DNA of 32,000 bases from Pyrodictium abyssi (lineage in GTDB: Archaea; Thermoproteota; Thermoprotei_A; Sulfolobales; Pyrodictiaceae), in NCBI RefSeq assembly GCF_036323395.1, contig NZ_AP028907.1, forward strand, positions 1-32,000. The letters are read 5' to 3'. How positions within the stretch are numbered: the first letter of the stretch is position 1; every line of letters starts with the position of its first letter. Shown here piece after piece: positions 6,837 through 14,597 of this stretch. The translations under genes and the position numbers were made by a program. The notes beneath the pieces are model-generated. The model was not told the origin of the DNA, did no database searches, and saw only the letters and a list, made by a program, of their open reading frames with translations.

Positions 6837-8948
6837 CTACTCGCCCGCCACGAGCACGTGTAGCCGCTGGGCCACCTCGCCGTCGAGGCTGCGGAGGAGC
6901 CACCGGTTGCCCTGGAGGCTCTGGTAGCTCGTCAACCCGCCCGCTCCCATCAGCAGCTTGAGCTCCCAGGTTATCGCTATCAGTGTGTTCTCGTAGGCCT
7001 CCCTCCTCCTCTCCGAGGGCCAGCCGGCTATCTTGCGGCTGAGCCAGCGGAAGGGCCTCCTGATTGACACCAGGTCGGCGCCGAGGGCGAGCAGCTTGTA
7101 GACGTCAGCCGCGCTACGGAGGTCGCCAGCAGCCACAATGGCTATGTCGCTCCTTATCCCGCTGCTCCACGCCTCGTCGTCGAGCCTTACCACCCACTCC
7201 TCTAGCCACGGCTTGGACCGGCCGCCGCGGCCGCGGAGCTCCTCGTCGACGACTATCAGCGTCGTGCCCTGTGGCGGCTCTATGCCGGGCGGCAGGGCTA
7301 TCGCGTAGGGCCTCTCCATCAACTCACACTCGAGCGGGTAGCCAAGCGCCTCAGCAGCCTCGGCGAGGGGCTCCTCGAGGCACGGGACGGCTATCGGCGC
7401 CTCGTAGACGGTCCCGTCGGGCAGCCTCACCGTGAGGTCTATCTCCTCGCGGTACGGGTCGACGCTGGGCCTTGTGACCTGCGCCGCCTCTATCCGGAGG
7501 AGGTCTAGCGGCCTCTCTGCTGGCGTCGTGTAGCCGGGCACGTAGCCGCCCATGCCGAGGACGGGGGTCTTAGCCTCCATGTAGACCTCGCGTGGCACTG
7601 GCTCGTCGCCGGGGTCGCTGTACCAGGCTATCTGCCCGGGCTCCGCGAGCTCTACGCCCACGACCTTCGCGACGTACTCGTCTGCGTTGTAGAGCTCGAG
7701 GAGGTCGCGGCGCCCAACGAGCTTCTGTAGGTTGTCCTCGCCTAGCGCGTAGGTTATCAGCTTCAGTGTCCTCTCTATCGCGCGTAGCCAGTTCACCACC
7801 CGGGCCACAGCCCAGTCTATATCTAGCTTGAGTACGCTGTCTATCGTGTTGGTGAGGGCCACGGGGCAGTTGCCAGTGTTGCATATGTGGCACATGATAC
7901 AGCCCATGGCTATGAGCGCTGCCGTGGATATGTTGGCCATGTTTGCGCCCAGCAGGATAAGCTTGGCTACGTCCTCGCCACTGGATATCATGCCACCGCC
8001 TATCACGAGGAAGCCGTCGCGTAGCCCGTTCTCCCGGAGCAGCCGGTCGGCCACCGGCACGGCGTAGTCCACTGGCATACCCACGTGGTCGCGGACTATC
8101 CGGGGCGTCGCGCCGGTGCCAGCCCCGGCACCGTCTATGATTATGCCCATGGCCGTGGCGCGGGCTGTGCCGAGAGTCACGAAGCCTACCTGGTTGGTTG
8201 CAGCCGTCTTGACGATGACGGGGCGGCCGGTGAGCTCGCGTAGCATCTTCACCCTCTGGGCCAGGTCCTCTATGCTGTAGATGTCGTGGTGCGGGGCGGG
8301 GCTCAGCGCCTCGCTCCCCGGGGGCAGCTTACGCAGCTTAGCTATCTCGCCCACGACCTTCCTCGCCGGGAGGTGCCCGCCTATACCCGGCTTAGCGCCC
8401 TGGCCTATCTTGATGTTGACTGCTAGGCCGCGACGCAACATGTACCTGTCTATGCCGAAGCGGCCGCTCGCCCACTGTATCACTATGTTCCTGCAGCGCG
8501 CAACCTCGGGGTGTAGCCCACCCTCGCCTACGCCCACCACTGCGCCGGCCGCGTCGGCTGCGCGCGCCAACGCTATGTTTGGGCGGCCGGAGAGCGCGCC
8601 GAAGCTCATGTCGCCCAGGTAAACGGGGACGCGGAGATGCACCTCGGCGAAGTCTACCCCAGCGTCCACGTCCAGTCTGTCTATCCCCTCGGGGCCCAGT
8701 TTCCGGGCGAGCTCGGAGAGCTCGCGGGGGTCGAGGTCGCGTATAGCGAGCCGGTCGAGGAGCCGGCCCCTAGCCCTCGGCCTGCTCAGTATCGTCCTCT
8801 CCACGCCGTGCTGCGCCGCGTACCTTATCGCCGTTATCCTGTCCTTGCTCCAAAACTCCTGGGTACGCCCGCCCCCCACGGGAGGCTTATAGCCCGCCAC
8901 GAGCTTTACGCTGGCAGACACGCTACAAGCCCCGGAGCAACTGCCCAC
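6837..8948 (-). CDS. glutamate synthase FMN-binding (GltB domain 2) protein with an extra C-terminal module of about 270 aa
   Basis: Family strings present: LGDMSFGALS, GEGG, IGQGAKPGIGGHLP, SPAPHHDIYSIEDL, DGAGAGTGA, GGGMISSGEDVAKLILLGA and the Cys cluster GCIMCHICNTGNCP. Residues about 430-703 lie beyond the usual end of the domain. Confidence 0.85.
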   Translation of the reverse strand: MGSCSGACSVSASVKLVAGYKPPVGGGRTQEFWSKDRITAIRYAAQHGVERTILSRPRARGRLLDRLAIRDLDPRELSELARKLGPEGIDRLDVDAGVDFAEVHLRVPVYLGDMSFGALSGRPNIALARAADAAGAVVGVGEGGLHPEVARCRNIVIQWASGRFGIDRYMLRRGLAVNIKIGQGAKPGIGGHLPARKVVGEIAKLRKLPPGSEALSPAPHHDIYSIEDLAQRVKMLRELTGRPVIVKTAATNQVGFVTLGTARATAMGIIIDGAGAGTGATPRIVRDHVGMPVDYAVPVADRLLRENGLRDGFLVIGGGMISSGEDVAKLILLGANMANISTAALIAMGCIMCHICNTGNCPVALTNTIDSVLKLDIDWAVARVVNWLRAIERTLKLITYALGEDNLQKLVGRRDLLELYNADEYVAKVVGVELAEPGQIAWYSDPGDEPVPREVYMEAKTPVLGMGGYVPGYTTPAERPLDLLRIEAAQVTRPSVDPYREEIDLTVRLPDGTVYEAPIAVPCLEEPLAEAAEALGYPLECELMERPYAIALPPGIEPPQGTTLIVVDEELRGRGGRSKPWLEEWVVRLDDEAWSSGIRSDIAIVAAGDLRSAADVYKLLALGADLVSIRRPFRWLSRKIAGWPSERRREAYENTLIAITWELKLLMGAGGLTSYQSLQGNRWLLRSLDGEVAQRLHVLVAGE

Positions 8949-9017
8949 AAGGAGCCCACAGTTATAACGATTGGCCCAGGGAGCACGGGTAGGACTCCCG
9001 GCCTAACGTGTTCCCGC

Positions 9018-9839
9018 ATGCTTCTACACTATAGATGGCTCTGGAACGCTAGGCTTAAGTACAGCGTCTATGGTCGAACCACACCATCTATAACCCTCCG
9101 GCAGGCGATCACATACAACATAGCCTCGGGCAATAGGGAGGGCAGCACAGCCTTGAGCATCCTCGACGCCTATATCGTCGACACGAGCCTAGTTATCCAG
9201 GACTTCCTCAAGGCTCTCCCGCTGGTCGCGTGGGTGCTCTTCGTCGTCCACGGCCTCGCCAAGTGGAGCTACCTGTGGGCCCGCAGCCGCTGGGGCGAAG
9301 GCGTAGGAGTCTACTTCGCCCGCAAGGTAATACACATGGCCGCCGGCGGGCTCGTCGCGCTCCTCGTCCCGTTCCTCTTCAGGGAGCCCTGGGTCCCACT
9401 GATCCTCGGCCTCGTCCTCGCAGTATACGTCTACATTCCCCACCGGACCGGCAGGCTCATGAAGTGGTTCCAAGACCCCGGCAACATAAGCGAGGTCTAC
9501 TACTGCGTGAGCTGGGGCCTCGCCGCGTTCCTAGCATGGCCCTTCGACGTGAGGATAGCAGTATTCCCGCTCTTCCTCATGAGCTTCGGCGACGGCGTGA
9601 CCGGGATAATAAGGGGGATAAGGCAGCGCCGCCGCGTCAAGAGTTGGGACGGCACCCTAGGCTTCCTCGCGGTCAGCCTACCCGTCGGCGTAGCAGTGTT
9701 CGGGCTAGCCGGCGGCATAGCGGCACTAGCAGCCGCGCTAGCCGAGAAGAGCGGCCTAGTCGACGACAACATCAGCGTGCCCGCAGTCAGCCTCGCTATA
9801 CTCCTGGCCGCGCACCAGGCTGGCGCGCTACCAGCCTAG
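9018..9839 (+). CDS. polytopic membrane protein, CTP-dependent polyprenol (dolichol/phytol) kinase / CDS-family-like
   Basis: There are multiple TM helices. The C-terminal SFGDGVTGIIRGI...KSWDGTLGF resembles the family signature as I remember it. The first 127 codons of the listed 8637..9839 ORF are antisense to the gltB-like gene, so I take the ATG at 9018; the TTG at 9153 is an alternative. Confidence 0.55.
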   Translation: MLLHYRWLWNARLKYSVYGRTTPSITLRQAITYNIASGNREGSTALSILDAYIVDTSLVIQDFLKALPLVAWVLFVVHGLAKWSYLWARSRWGEGVGVYFARKVIHMAAGGLVALLVPFLFREPWVPLILGLVLAVYVYIPHRTGRLMKWFQDPGNISEVYYCVSWGLAAFLAWPFDVRIAVFPLFLMSFGDGVTGIIRGIRQRRRVKSWDGTLGFLAVSLPVGVAVFGLAGGIAALAAALAEKSGLVDDNISVPAVSLAILLAAHQAGALPA

Positions 9840-9888
9840 CCACGCCGCGAAGGAGAAGGGGAAGCCCGGCAGCTAGATGCCCATAAAT

Positions 9889-9904
9889 ACCCTGTTTTTA
9901 GGGT
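9889..9904 (+). terminator. T5-containing hairpin ACCCT-GTTTTT-AGGGT
   Basis: This lies 50 nt downstream of the stop at 9839 and combines an oligo-T tract (archaeal termination signal) with a 5-bp stem. It overlaps the GTG at 9903 of the next ORF. Confidence 0.4.
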
Positions 9905-10472
9905 GTTACTACACGGGGGCTCTCCTGTGCCGAGCGCTGGCGGCAGCTGCATCGGCCTAGAGACCGAGGCGATGATAGCCGGCCGCCTAGTGAGGCTGCC
10001 AAAGCACAGCCCCGTCATAGAGTTCTACGGCGCCGTCGAGGAGGCCGAGGCACTGATAGCCCGGGCGCGCCTCCAGCTAGAGCCCCGCGACCCCGCCATG
10101 GCCGAGAGGCTCTACCGGCTACAGCGCGCCGTCCGCCTCCTACCCGGCGTCCTCGCCGGCATGGTAGACCCCAGGGAGCCTCAGCGCCTCATAGAGGAGG
10201 CTGGCGAGGGCCTAGAGAAGCCCGGAGGCTGGAGCCTAACCGGCTGCACCCCTGAGGACCCCGACATAGTGCTCGCCATGACCCGGCTACGGGCCGGCGA
10301 CCGCCACATAGCCCGGGCCCACGACGAGGGCCACGTGCCCCGCGAGCTAGCCCAGCTCCTCTCCCTGCTCCTCGAGGCCGCGAGCTACACGCTCTACACG
10401 ATACACTGGAGCCTCTGCTCCCGGGCCCCGTCGAGCCAGAAGCTGGTAGCCAGAAGCATAGCCGAGCTATAG
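9903..10472 (+). CDS. divergent PduO-type ATP:cob(I)alamin adenosyltransferase-like protein
   Basis: RLVRLPKHSPVIEFYGAVEEAEALIARAR parallels the family's ...rv.Kd.prieayG.vDELns.ig block, and the length and helical character fit. The N-terminal GDxGxT motif is degenerate (GGSCIGLETE). The start is uncertain: GTG at 9903 or ATG at 9972. Confidence 0.45.
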   Translation: MLLHGGSPVPSAGGSCIGLETEAMIAGRLVRLPKHSPVIEFYGAVEEAEALIARARLQLEPRDPAMAERLYRLQRAVRLLPGVLAGMVDPREPQRLIEEAGEGLEKPGGWSLTGCTPEDPDIVLAMTRLRAGDRHIARAHDEGHVPRELAQLLSLLLEAASYTLYTIHWSLCSRAPSSQKLVARSIAEL

Positions 10473-10511
10473 CACCCCCTAATGGGGAAATAGGAGCCGG
10501 GGACAAGGGGT

Positions 10512-11768
10512 CTACCTGGCACCCCGGATGCTCCTCGGCCGGGGGCCTAGCCCCGAGCCCTCCGGCGGGTACACCATGAAGCCAGCTGGCTCCGGTCTGT
10601 AGGCTGGCGGGTTCTCGACCGGGTCCTCCTCCAGGAACAGTGGGGCGTCGAGGTCCACGTACCTGGTAGCCGGGCTGGTCAGCGCCGGGTGCACCGCCTG
10701 GGATATCCCTAGGCCGGTCTCGACCATGCAGCCCCACATCGCCTCGAGCCCGTGAGCCTCCAGCATTGCTGCTGCGCGGGCTGCCTGGAGCGGGCCCCCT
10801 ATCTTGGCTATCTTTATGTTGACCACGTCCACGGCGCCGAGCGCAGCCGCCCTGGCTATTTCCTCGGGGCTCCTGGTGGACTCGTCGGAGGCTACCGGTG
10901 TCTCGACGGCGTTCCTCACTGCTGCTAGGTCCTCGAGCCGGGGCGCGGGGACAGGCTGCTCGACCAGCTCTAGGGCTGTGCCTAGGCTCCGCTCAAGCCT
11001 GCGTATGACCCGTATCGCCTGCTTCCGCGTCCACGCCTGGTTAGCGTCTATCCTTATCCTCACCTTGCCCCGGGAGGCCTCGTACACCGTCTCGGCGAGG
11101 AGCACGTCGTCCTCGGTGCTGCCTGTGCCGAGCTTCACCTTGAGGACGCGGAAGCCCTGGACGGCGGGCAGAGGGAAGCCTGGCTCCTCGGGCGCCCTGG
11201 AGCGTAGCCCTACGAGGTACTCCACGGCCTCTATGAAGGCGTCTCGGCGGCTACCCTGGCCCCTCCTTATCTCCTCGATGGTATCGGGGCCGGGTATCGA
11301 GACGGTATAGTCTGTCTCGAGGCCCCGGTGGACCCTGCCGCCGAGCAGCGTGTAGACCGGCGTGCCTAGGACACGGGCCGTGGCGTCTAGCAGCGCTGAC
11401 TCCAGGGCTGCGCGGGCCGAGCTAAAGCCCGGCGCGCCAGCGTGGACGCGGCGTAATGCCTCGCCGAGGCCGTCGGGGAGCTCTAGCCCCGTCAGCTTCT
11501 CGGCGACTGCCTCGATGTAGGCCTCTACGGATGCTGTGTTCTCGTGTGTCACCCGTGGCGCTGGCGCTGCCTCGCCCCAGCCACGGGTGCCGTCGCTCAA
11601 CACGACCTCGGCCACGACGCTCTCCACGGTGGCCGCGGCAGCGTAGGCTATGCGGAAGACGCCGCGTAGCCTCGCCTGGAGCCGGTGCACGGTGATACGC
11701 TCTATCCGTGGCAGGGCCCTGCACCGGTGCCGAGGGCTCGGCGTCGCTGGGTTCAAAAACGCTGGCAC
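10512..11768 (-). CDS. enolase-superfamily dipeptide epimerase / N-acyl-amino-acid racemase (DgcA-like)
   Basis: Catalytic and metal positions are in order: VLKVKLG, IRIDANQAW, LVEQPV, ASDES, VNIKIAKIGG. The start is uncertain: ATG at 11768 or GTG at 11690. Confidence 0.8.
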   Translation of the reverse strand: MPAFLNPATPSPRHRCRALPRIERITVHRLQARLRGVFRIAYAAAATVESVVAEVVLSDGTRGWGEAAPAPRVTHENTASVEAYIEAVAEKLTGLELPDGLGEALRRVHAGAPGFSSARAALESALLDATARVLGTPVYTLLGGRVHRGLETDYTVSIPGPDTIEEIRRGQGSRRDAFIEAVEYLVGLRSRAPEEPGFPLPAVQGFRVLKVKLGTGSTEDDVLLAETVYEASRGKVRIRIDANQAWTRKQAIRVIRRLERSLGTALELVEQPVPAPRLEDLAAVRNAVETPVASDESTRSPEEIARAAALGAVDVVNIKIAKIGGPLQAARAAAMLEAHGLEAMWGCMVETGLGISQAVHPALTSPATRYVDLDAPLFLEEDPVENPPAYRPEPAGFMVYPPEGSGLGPRPRSIRGAR

Positions 11769-11837
11769 CGCTAGTCCCTCGGACCGTCCAGGAGGCCCTG
11801 CCGGCTACCCACGCTCTGACGCCTCCTGGGAGCGGGC

Positions 11838-12926
11838 GTGGTAGCTATGCCTATGGTGTACCACGAGGGCAGGCGGAAGGCGGCCATATATGCTCCCGGC
11901 GCCTATGGCAGGGAGGAGGGCAAGACCGGCCACGACCTCGTGATATTCGACGGCGGCCTGCTATGGGACCTCGTGGCCGTGGTGGACCCGTTTAACGCTG
12001 GCCGCGACGCTGGCGAGGTCCTCGGCCTCGGCAGGAAGAACATACCGATAGTCCGGGGGCTCCGCGAGGCCCTCGACGCGGGCGCCGAGGCACTGATACT
12101 CGGCGCAGCGCCGGTCGGCGGCAGGCTCCCGGAGGAGTGGAAACGCGACATCCGCGACGCCCTCGAGGCCGGAGTAGACGTCTACAGCGGGCTCCACACC
12201 TTCCTCTCCGACGACCCCGAGCTGCGCGCCGCGGCCGAGAAGAGCGGCGCTAGGATAGTCGACGTCCGCAAGCCGGACCCGCGCTACTTCCACGTCTGGG
12301 ATGGCCGTGTGTTAGGCACGGGGATGAAGCGCGTACTGATAGCTGGGACCGACTGCGAGGCTGGGAAGAACATAGCGACCTACACCATCTACCGCGAGCT
12401 CGTGCGCCGCGGCGCCCGCGCCTGCATGATAGGCACTGGGCAGACTATGCTCCTCCTGGGCGCCCGTGGCCTCGTCATGGATGCTGTGCCGAGCGACTTC
12501 GTAGCCGGCGCGCTCGAGCAGGTGCTAGTCGAGGCGTACGAGCAGGGCTGCGAGGTAGCCGTGGTAGAGGGCCAGGCAGCGGTGACCCACGAGGCCTACG
12601 GCCACGTATCGCTGGGTATACTGCGCGGCGCCTCTCCAACCCACATAGTGATAGCACACGTGCCAGGCCGCCGCTGGCGGGCAGCCTTCGGCCACGCGTG
12701 GAAGCCTCTACGCAACCCAGAGCCCGGCGAAGAGCTAGCCTACCTGACCGCCCTAAACCCGTACCCGAACCCGGTGCTAGCGGGGATAACGCTGAACACT
12801 AGCATGTACGGCCCCGAGGAGGCTAAGAGAATCGAGGAGGAGTACACCCGGACATACATGGTGCCAGCCGTAGACCCGCTAAGGACCGGGGTCGAGGCGA
12901 TAGCAGAGAAAATACTCTCCAGCTAA
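11838..12926 (+). CDS. DUF1611 family protein (DgcN-like putative N-acetyltransferase)
   Basis: Family-like layout: A(I/V)YAPGAYG...GKTGHDL, LILGAAPVGGRLPEEW, YSGLH, and the P-loop-like VLIAGTDCEAGKNIAT. It sits divergent from the epimerase, 70 nt away. Confidence 0.75.
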   Translation: MVAMPMVYHEGRRKAAIYAPGAYGREEGKTGHDLVIFDGGLLWDLVAVVDPFNAGRDAGEVLGLGRKNIPIVRGLREALDAGAEALILGAAPVGGRLPEEWKRDIRDALEAGVDVYSGLHTFLSDDPELRAAAEKSGARIVDVRKPDPRYFHVWDGRVLGTGMKRVLIAGTDCEAGKNIATYTIYRELVRRGARACMIGTGQTMLLLGARGLVMDAVPSDFVAGALEQVLVEAYEQGCEVAVVEGQAAVTHEAYGHVSLGILRGASPTHIVIAHVPGRRWRAAFGHAWKPLRNPEPGEELAYLTALNPYPNPVLAGITLNTSMYGPEEAKRIEEEYTRTYMVPAVDPLRTGVEAIAEKILSS

Positions 12927-12968
12927 GCTCCTAACCCCTACTATATTATCACTCTATGCTGCACTGAT

Positions 12969-13355
12969 CTAACACTCCGGCCTAGCAGTCTCCTCTACGA
13001 TTGACAGCGCCTCCTCTATGCTAGTGCCCGGCTTTACCAGGACCACCCGCAGCCCGTGACTCTCCATGAACTCCCTACCGCCAGGCCCCATCGCGGTAGC
13101 CACTATGTATGTACAGCCCTTGTTCAGCTCTAGGATGTGCATCCGTTTCTCCACATGCCGGTGACCGCCGTGCCCGTGATAGCCATGGTGGCCATGACTG
13201 TGCCCGTGGCCCGCGTAGGGGTTCTCGACCCTGTGGACTAGCCTCCAGCCGTCCTCGCCACGGACGTAGTGGAGGAAGAACCTCGCGTCCCCGAAGTGGC
13301 CGACCTTCACGCGCTCGCCATCATCGGTTGCTATGGCTACGCAGACACGCTCCAT
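12969..13355 (-). CDS. NifB/NifX-family (dinitrogenase Fe-Mo cofactor biosynthesis domain) protein with a His-rich insert
   Basis: Family strings are present (VAIATDDGERVKVGHFGDARFF ... CTYIVATAMGPGGREFMESHGLRVV). An insert HGHSHGHHGYHGHGGHRH carries 9 His in 18 residues. Confidence 0.7.
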   Translation of the reverse strand: MERVCVAIATDDGERVKVGHFGDARFFLHYVRGEDGWRLVHRVENPYAGHGHSHGHHGYHGHGGHRHVEKRMHILELNKGCTYIVATAMGPGGREFMESHGLRVVLVKPGTSIEEALSIVEETARPEC

Positions 13356-13467
13356 ACCGGTCAGCCCAGTCTAGCGGAGGCTCCAGCGGAGATTCTTAGA
13401 CGCAGCCAAACGTGGTACACTCAGCCGCCATAGCCGGGGCTAGCGCCGCTAGGACCCTCCGAGGCCG

Positions 13468-14493
13468 TTATGTAGGCTCGATGGGCTGGCACTGCTGGCC
13501 GAGCAGCTCCTCGAGGTTTCGGTACATCATGGCCTCTACGGCTCTCCTGCCTAGGCCTCTGTGAATGGCTGCCGCGGCTAGCCGGGCCGCGCTACGGGCT
13601 GGCGTGTCCTCCTCTACTACGGGGTAGTCGCTACCGTGGAGGATCTTGTCTGGAGGCAGGCTTGCCAGCACTATTTCTAGGACCTCGAGCGGCACCGCGC
13701 TCGTGTCGAGGTAGACGTTGGGGTAGCGGCGGGCGAGCGCGACAGCCTCTTGGGTGTAGACGCCCGGGGCTGCTGCGCTGTAGCCGCCGCAGTGCGCTAT
13801 TATCACCGGCACGTCGCGGTACCTGGCTATGAATGGCTCCAGCCGGGCTGGGTTACCGAGGGCGCAGAATGGGGGGAGCTCCCAGAGCCCTGGGTCGCAG
13901 CCAGCGTGGGCCAGTATGGGCGCTGCTGCCTCGTTGGCCGCCTCGAACACCGCCTCGACCTCCTCGGAGTCAGGCCACACCATGTGCAGAGTTGTTATCA
14001 GCTTGAGGCCCTGGTAGCCGTCCCGTAGCCGGCCATGGGCCCGGGCATGGGTTTCCTCGGGGCCAGCGCTTGGCTCAGGGTCGGCATAGACCAGCAGGCG
14101 GGCCCCGCTGGTGGCCCTGGCCTCGCGGGGGTCTATGGGGCCGAACCTGGAGAGGAACACGAGGGTCTCCGCAAGGAGCCTGCTAGGGGACTCGTAGTGC
14201 TCTAGCAACCAGGGGGCTAGCTTCTCGAGCACTGGGCGGGACATGCTCCAGGCCCGTGGGAGGACGCCTTGGCTCTTCCTTGTCACCAGGTCTACGGGTG
14301 GGCGTATCTCCATGACTTGTGCCAGGGAGACCCTGTAGCCTGCTAGCTCGAGTGCGAGCTCCCACGGGCTACGCCCGTCTATCAAGTGGACGTGAGCATC
14401 CGCTATGCATGGCAGCTCCTCTAGCAGTTCTAGCGCCTTCTCTAGGAGTGTCAGGGCCCGTGGCACCCCAAAGGCTCCAGCTGAGGATTCCAC
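13468..14493 (-). CDS. TIM-barrel metal-dependent amidohydrolase (Amidohydro_2-like)
   Basis: Metal ligands appear in order: DAHVHLID, ILAHAG, IIAHCGG, HGSDYP. The start is GTG. Confidence 0.7.
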   Translation of the reverse strand: MESSAGAFGVPRALTLLEKALELLEELPCIADAHVHLIDGRSPWELALELAGYRVSLAQVMEIRPPVDLVTRKSQGVLPRAWSMSRPVLEKLAPWLLEHYESPSRLLAETLVFLSRFGPIDPREARATSGARLLVYADPEPSAGPEETHARAHGRLRDGYQGLKLITTLHMVWPDSEEVEAVFEAANEAAAPILAHAGCDPGLWELPPFCALGNPARLEPFIARYRDVPVIIAHCGGYSAAAPGVYTQEAVALARRYPNVYLDTSAVPLEVLEIVLASLPPDKILHGSDYPVVEEDTPARSAARLAAAAIHRGLGRRAVEAMMYRNLEELLGQQCQPIEPT

Positions 14494-14524
14494 ACGCCAG
14501 AGTTTTGGACACTAGACGATATGA

Positions 14525-14530
14525 TTTAAA
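14525..14530 (-). promoter_or_regulatory. TATA-like box (TTTAAA) for the amidohydrolase gene
   Basis: This is the only AT-rich hexamer in the spacer and lies 32-37 nt upstream of the GTG at 14493, a spacing that fits a short or absent leader. Confidence 0.4.
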
Positions 14531-14597
14531 GATGGCCTTCGGCTACTGTCGTAGGAGGAGAGGGGATGGAAAGAAGGTGTCCAGCAACCCCCGCGGG

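Noticed and set aside
6631-6903. 90-aa minus-strand ORF in the gap between the two glutamate-synthase-like genes, considered as a leader peptide
   Set aside because: Its 5' part overlaps the end of the FMN-subunit gene in another frame, and the product is Pro/Arg/Gly-rich with no recognisable feature.
8637-9017. N-terminal 127 codons of the listed 8637..9839 ORF
   Set aside because: This part is antisense to the 5' end of the confident gltB-like gene and has non-protein-like composition. The membrane-protein signal starts only after about 9018.
9230-9886. 218-aa ORF in another frame of the polyprenol-kinase-like gene (similar cases: 10189..10737, 11422..11724, 3743..4113, 7064..7435)
   Set aside because: All are Arg/Pro/Gly-rich, low-complexity products overlapping confident genes. 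They are expected by chance in DNA of about 65-70% GC, where stop codons are rare.
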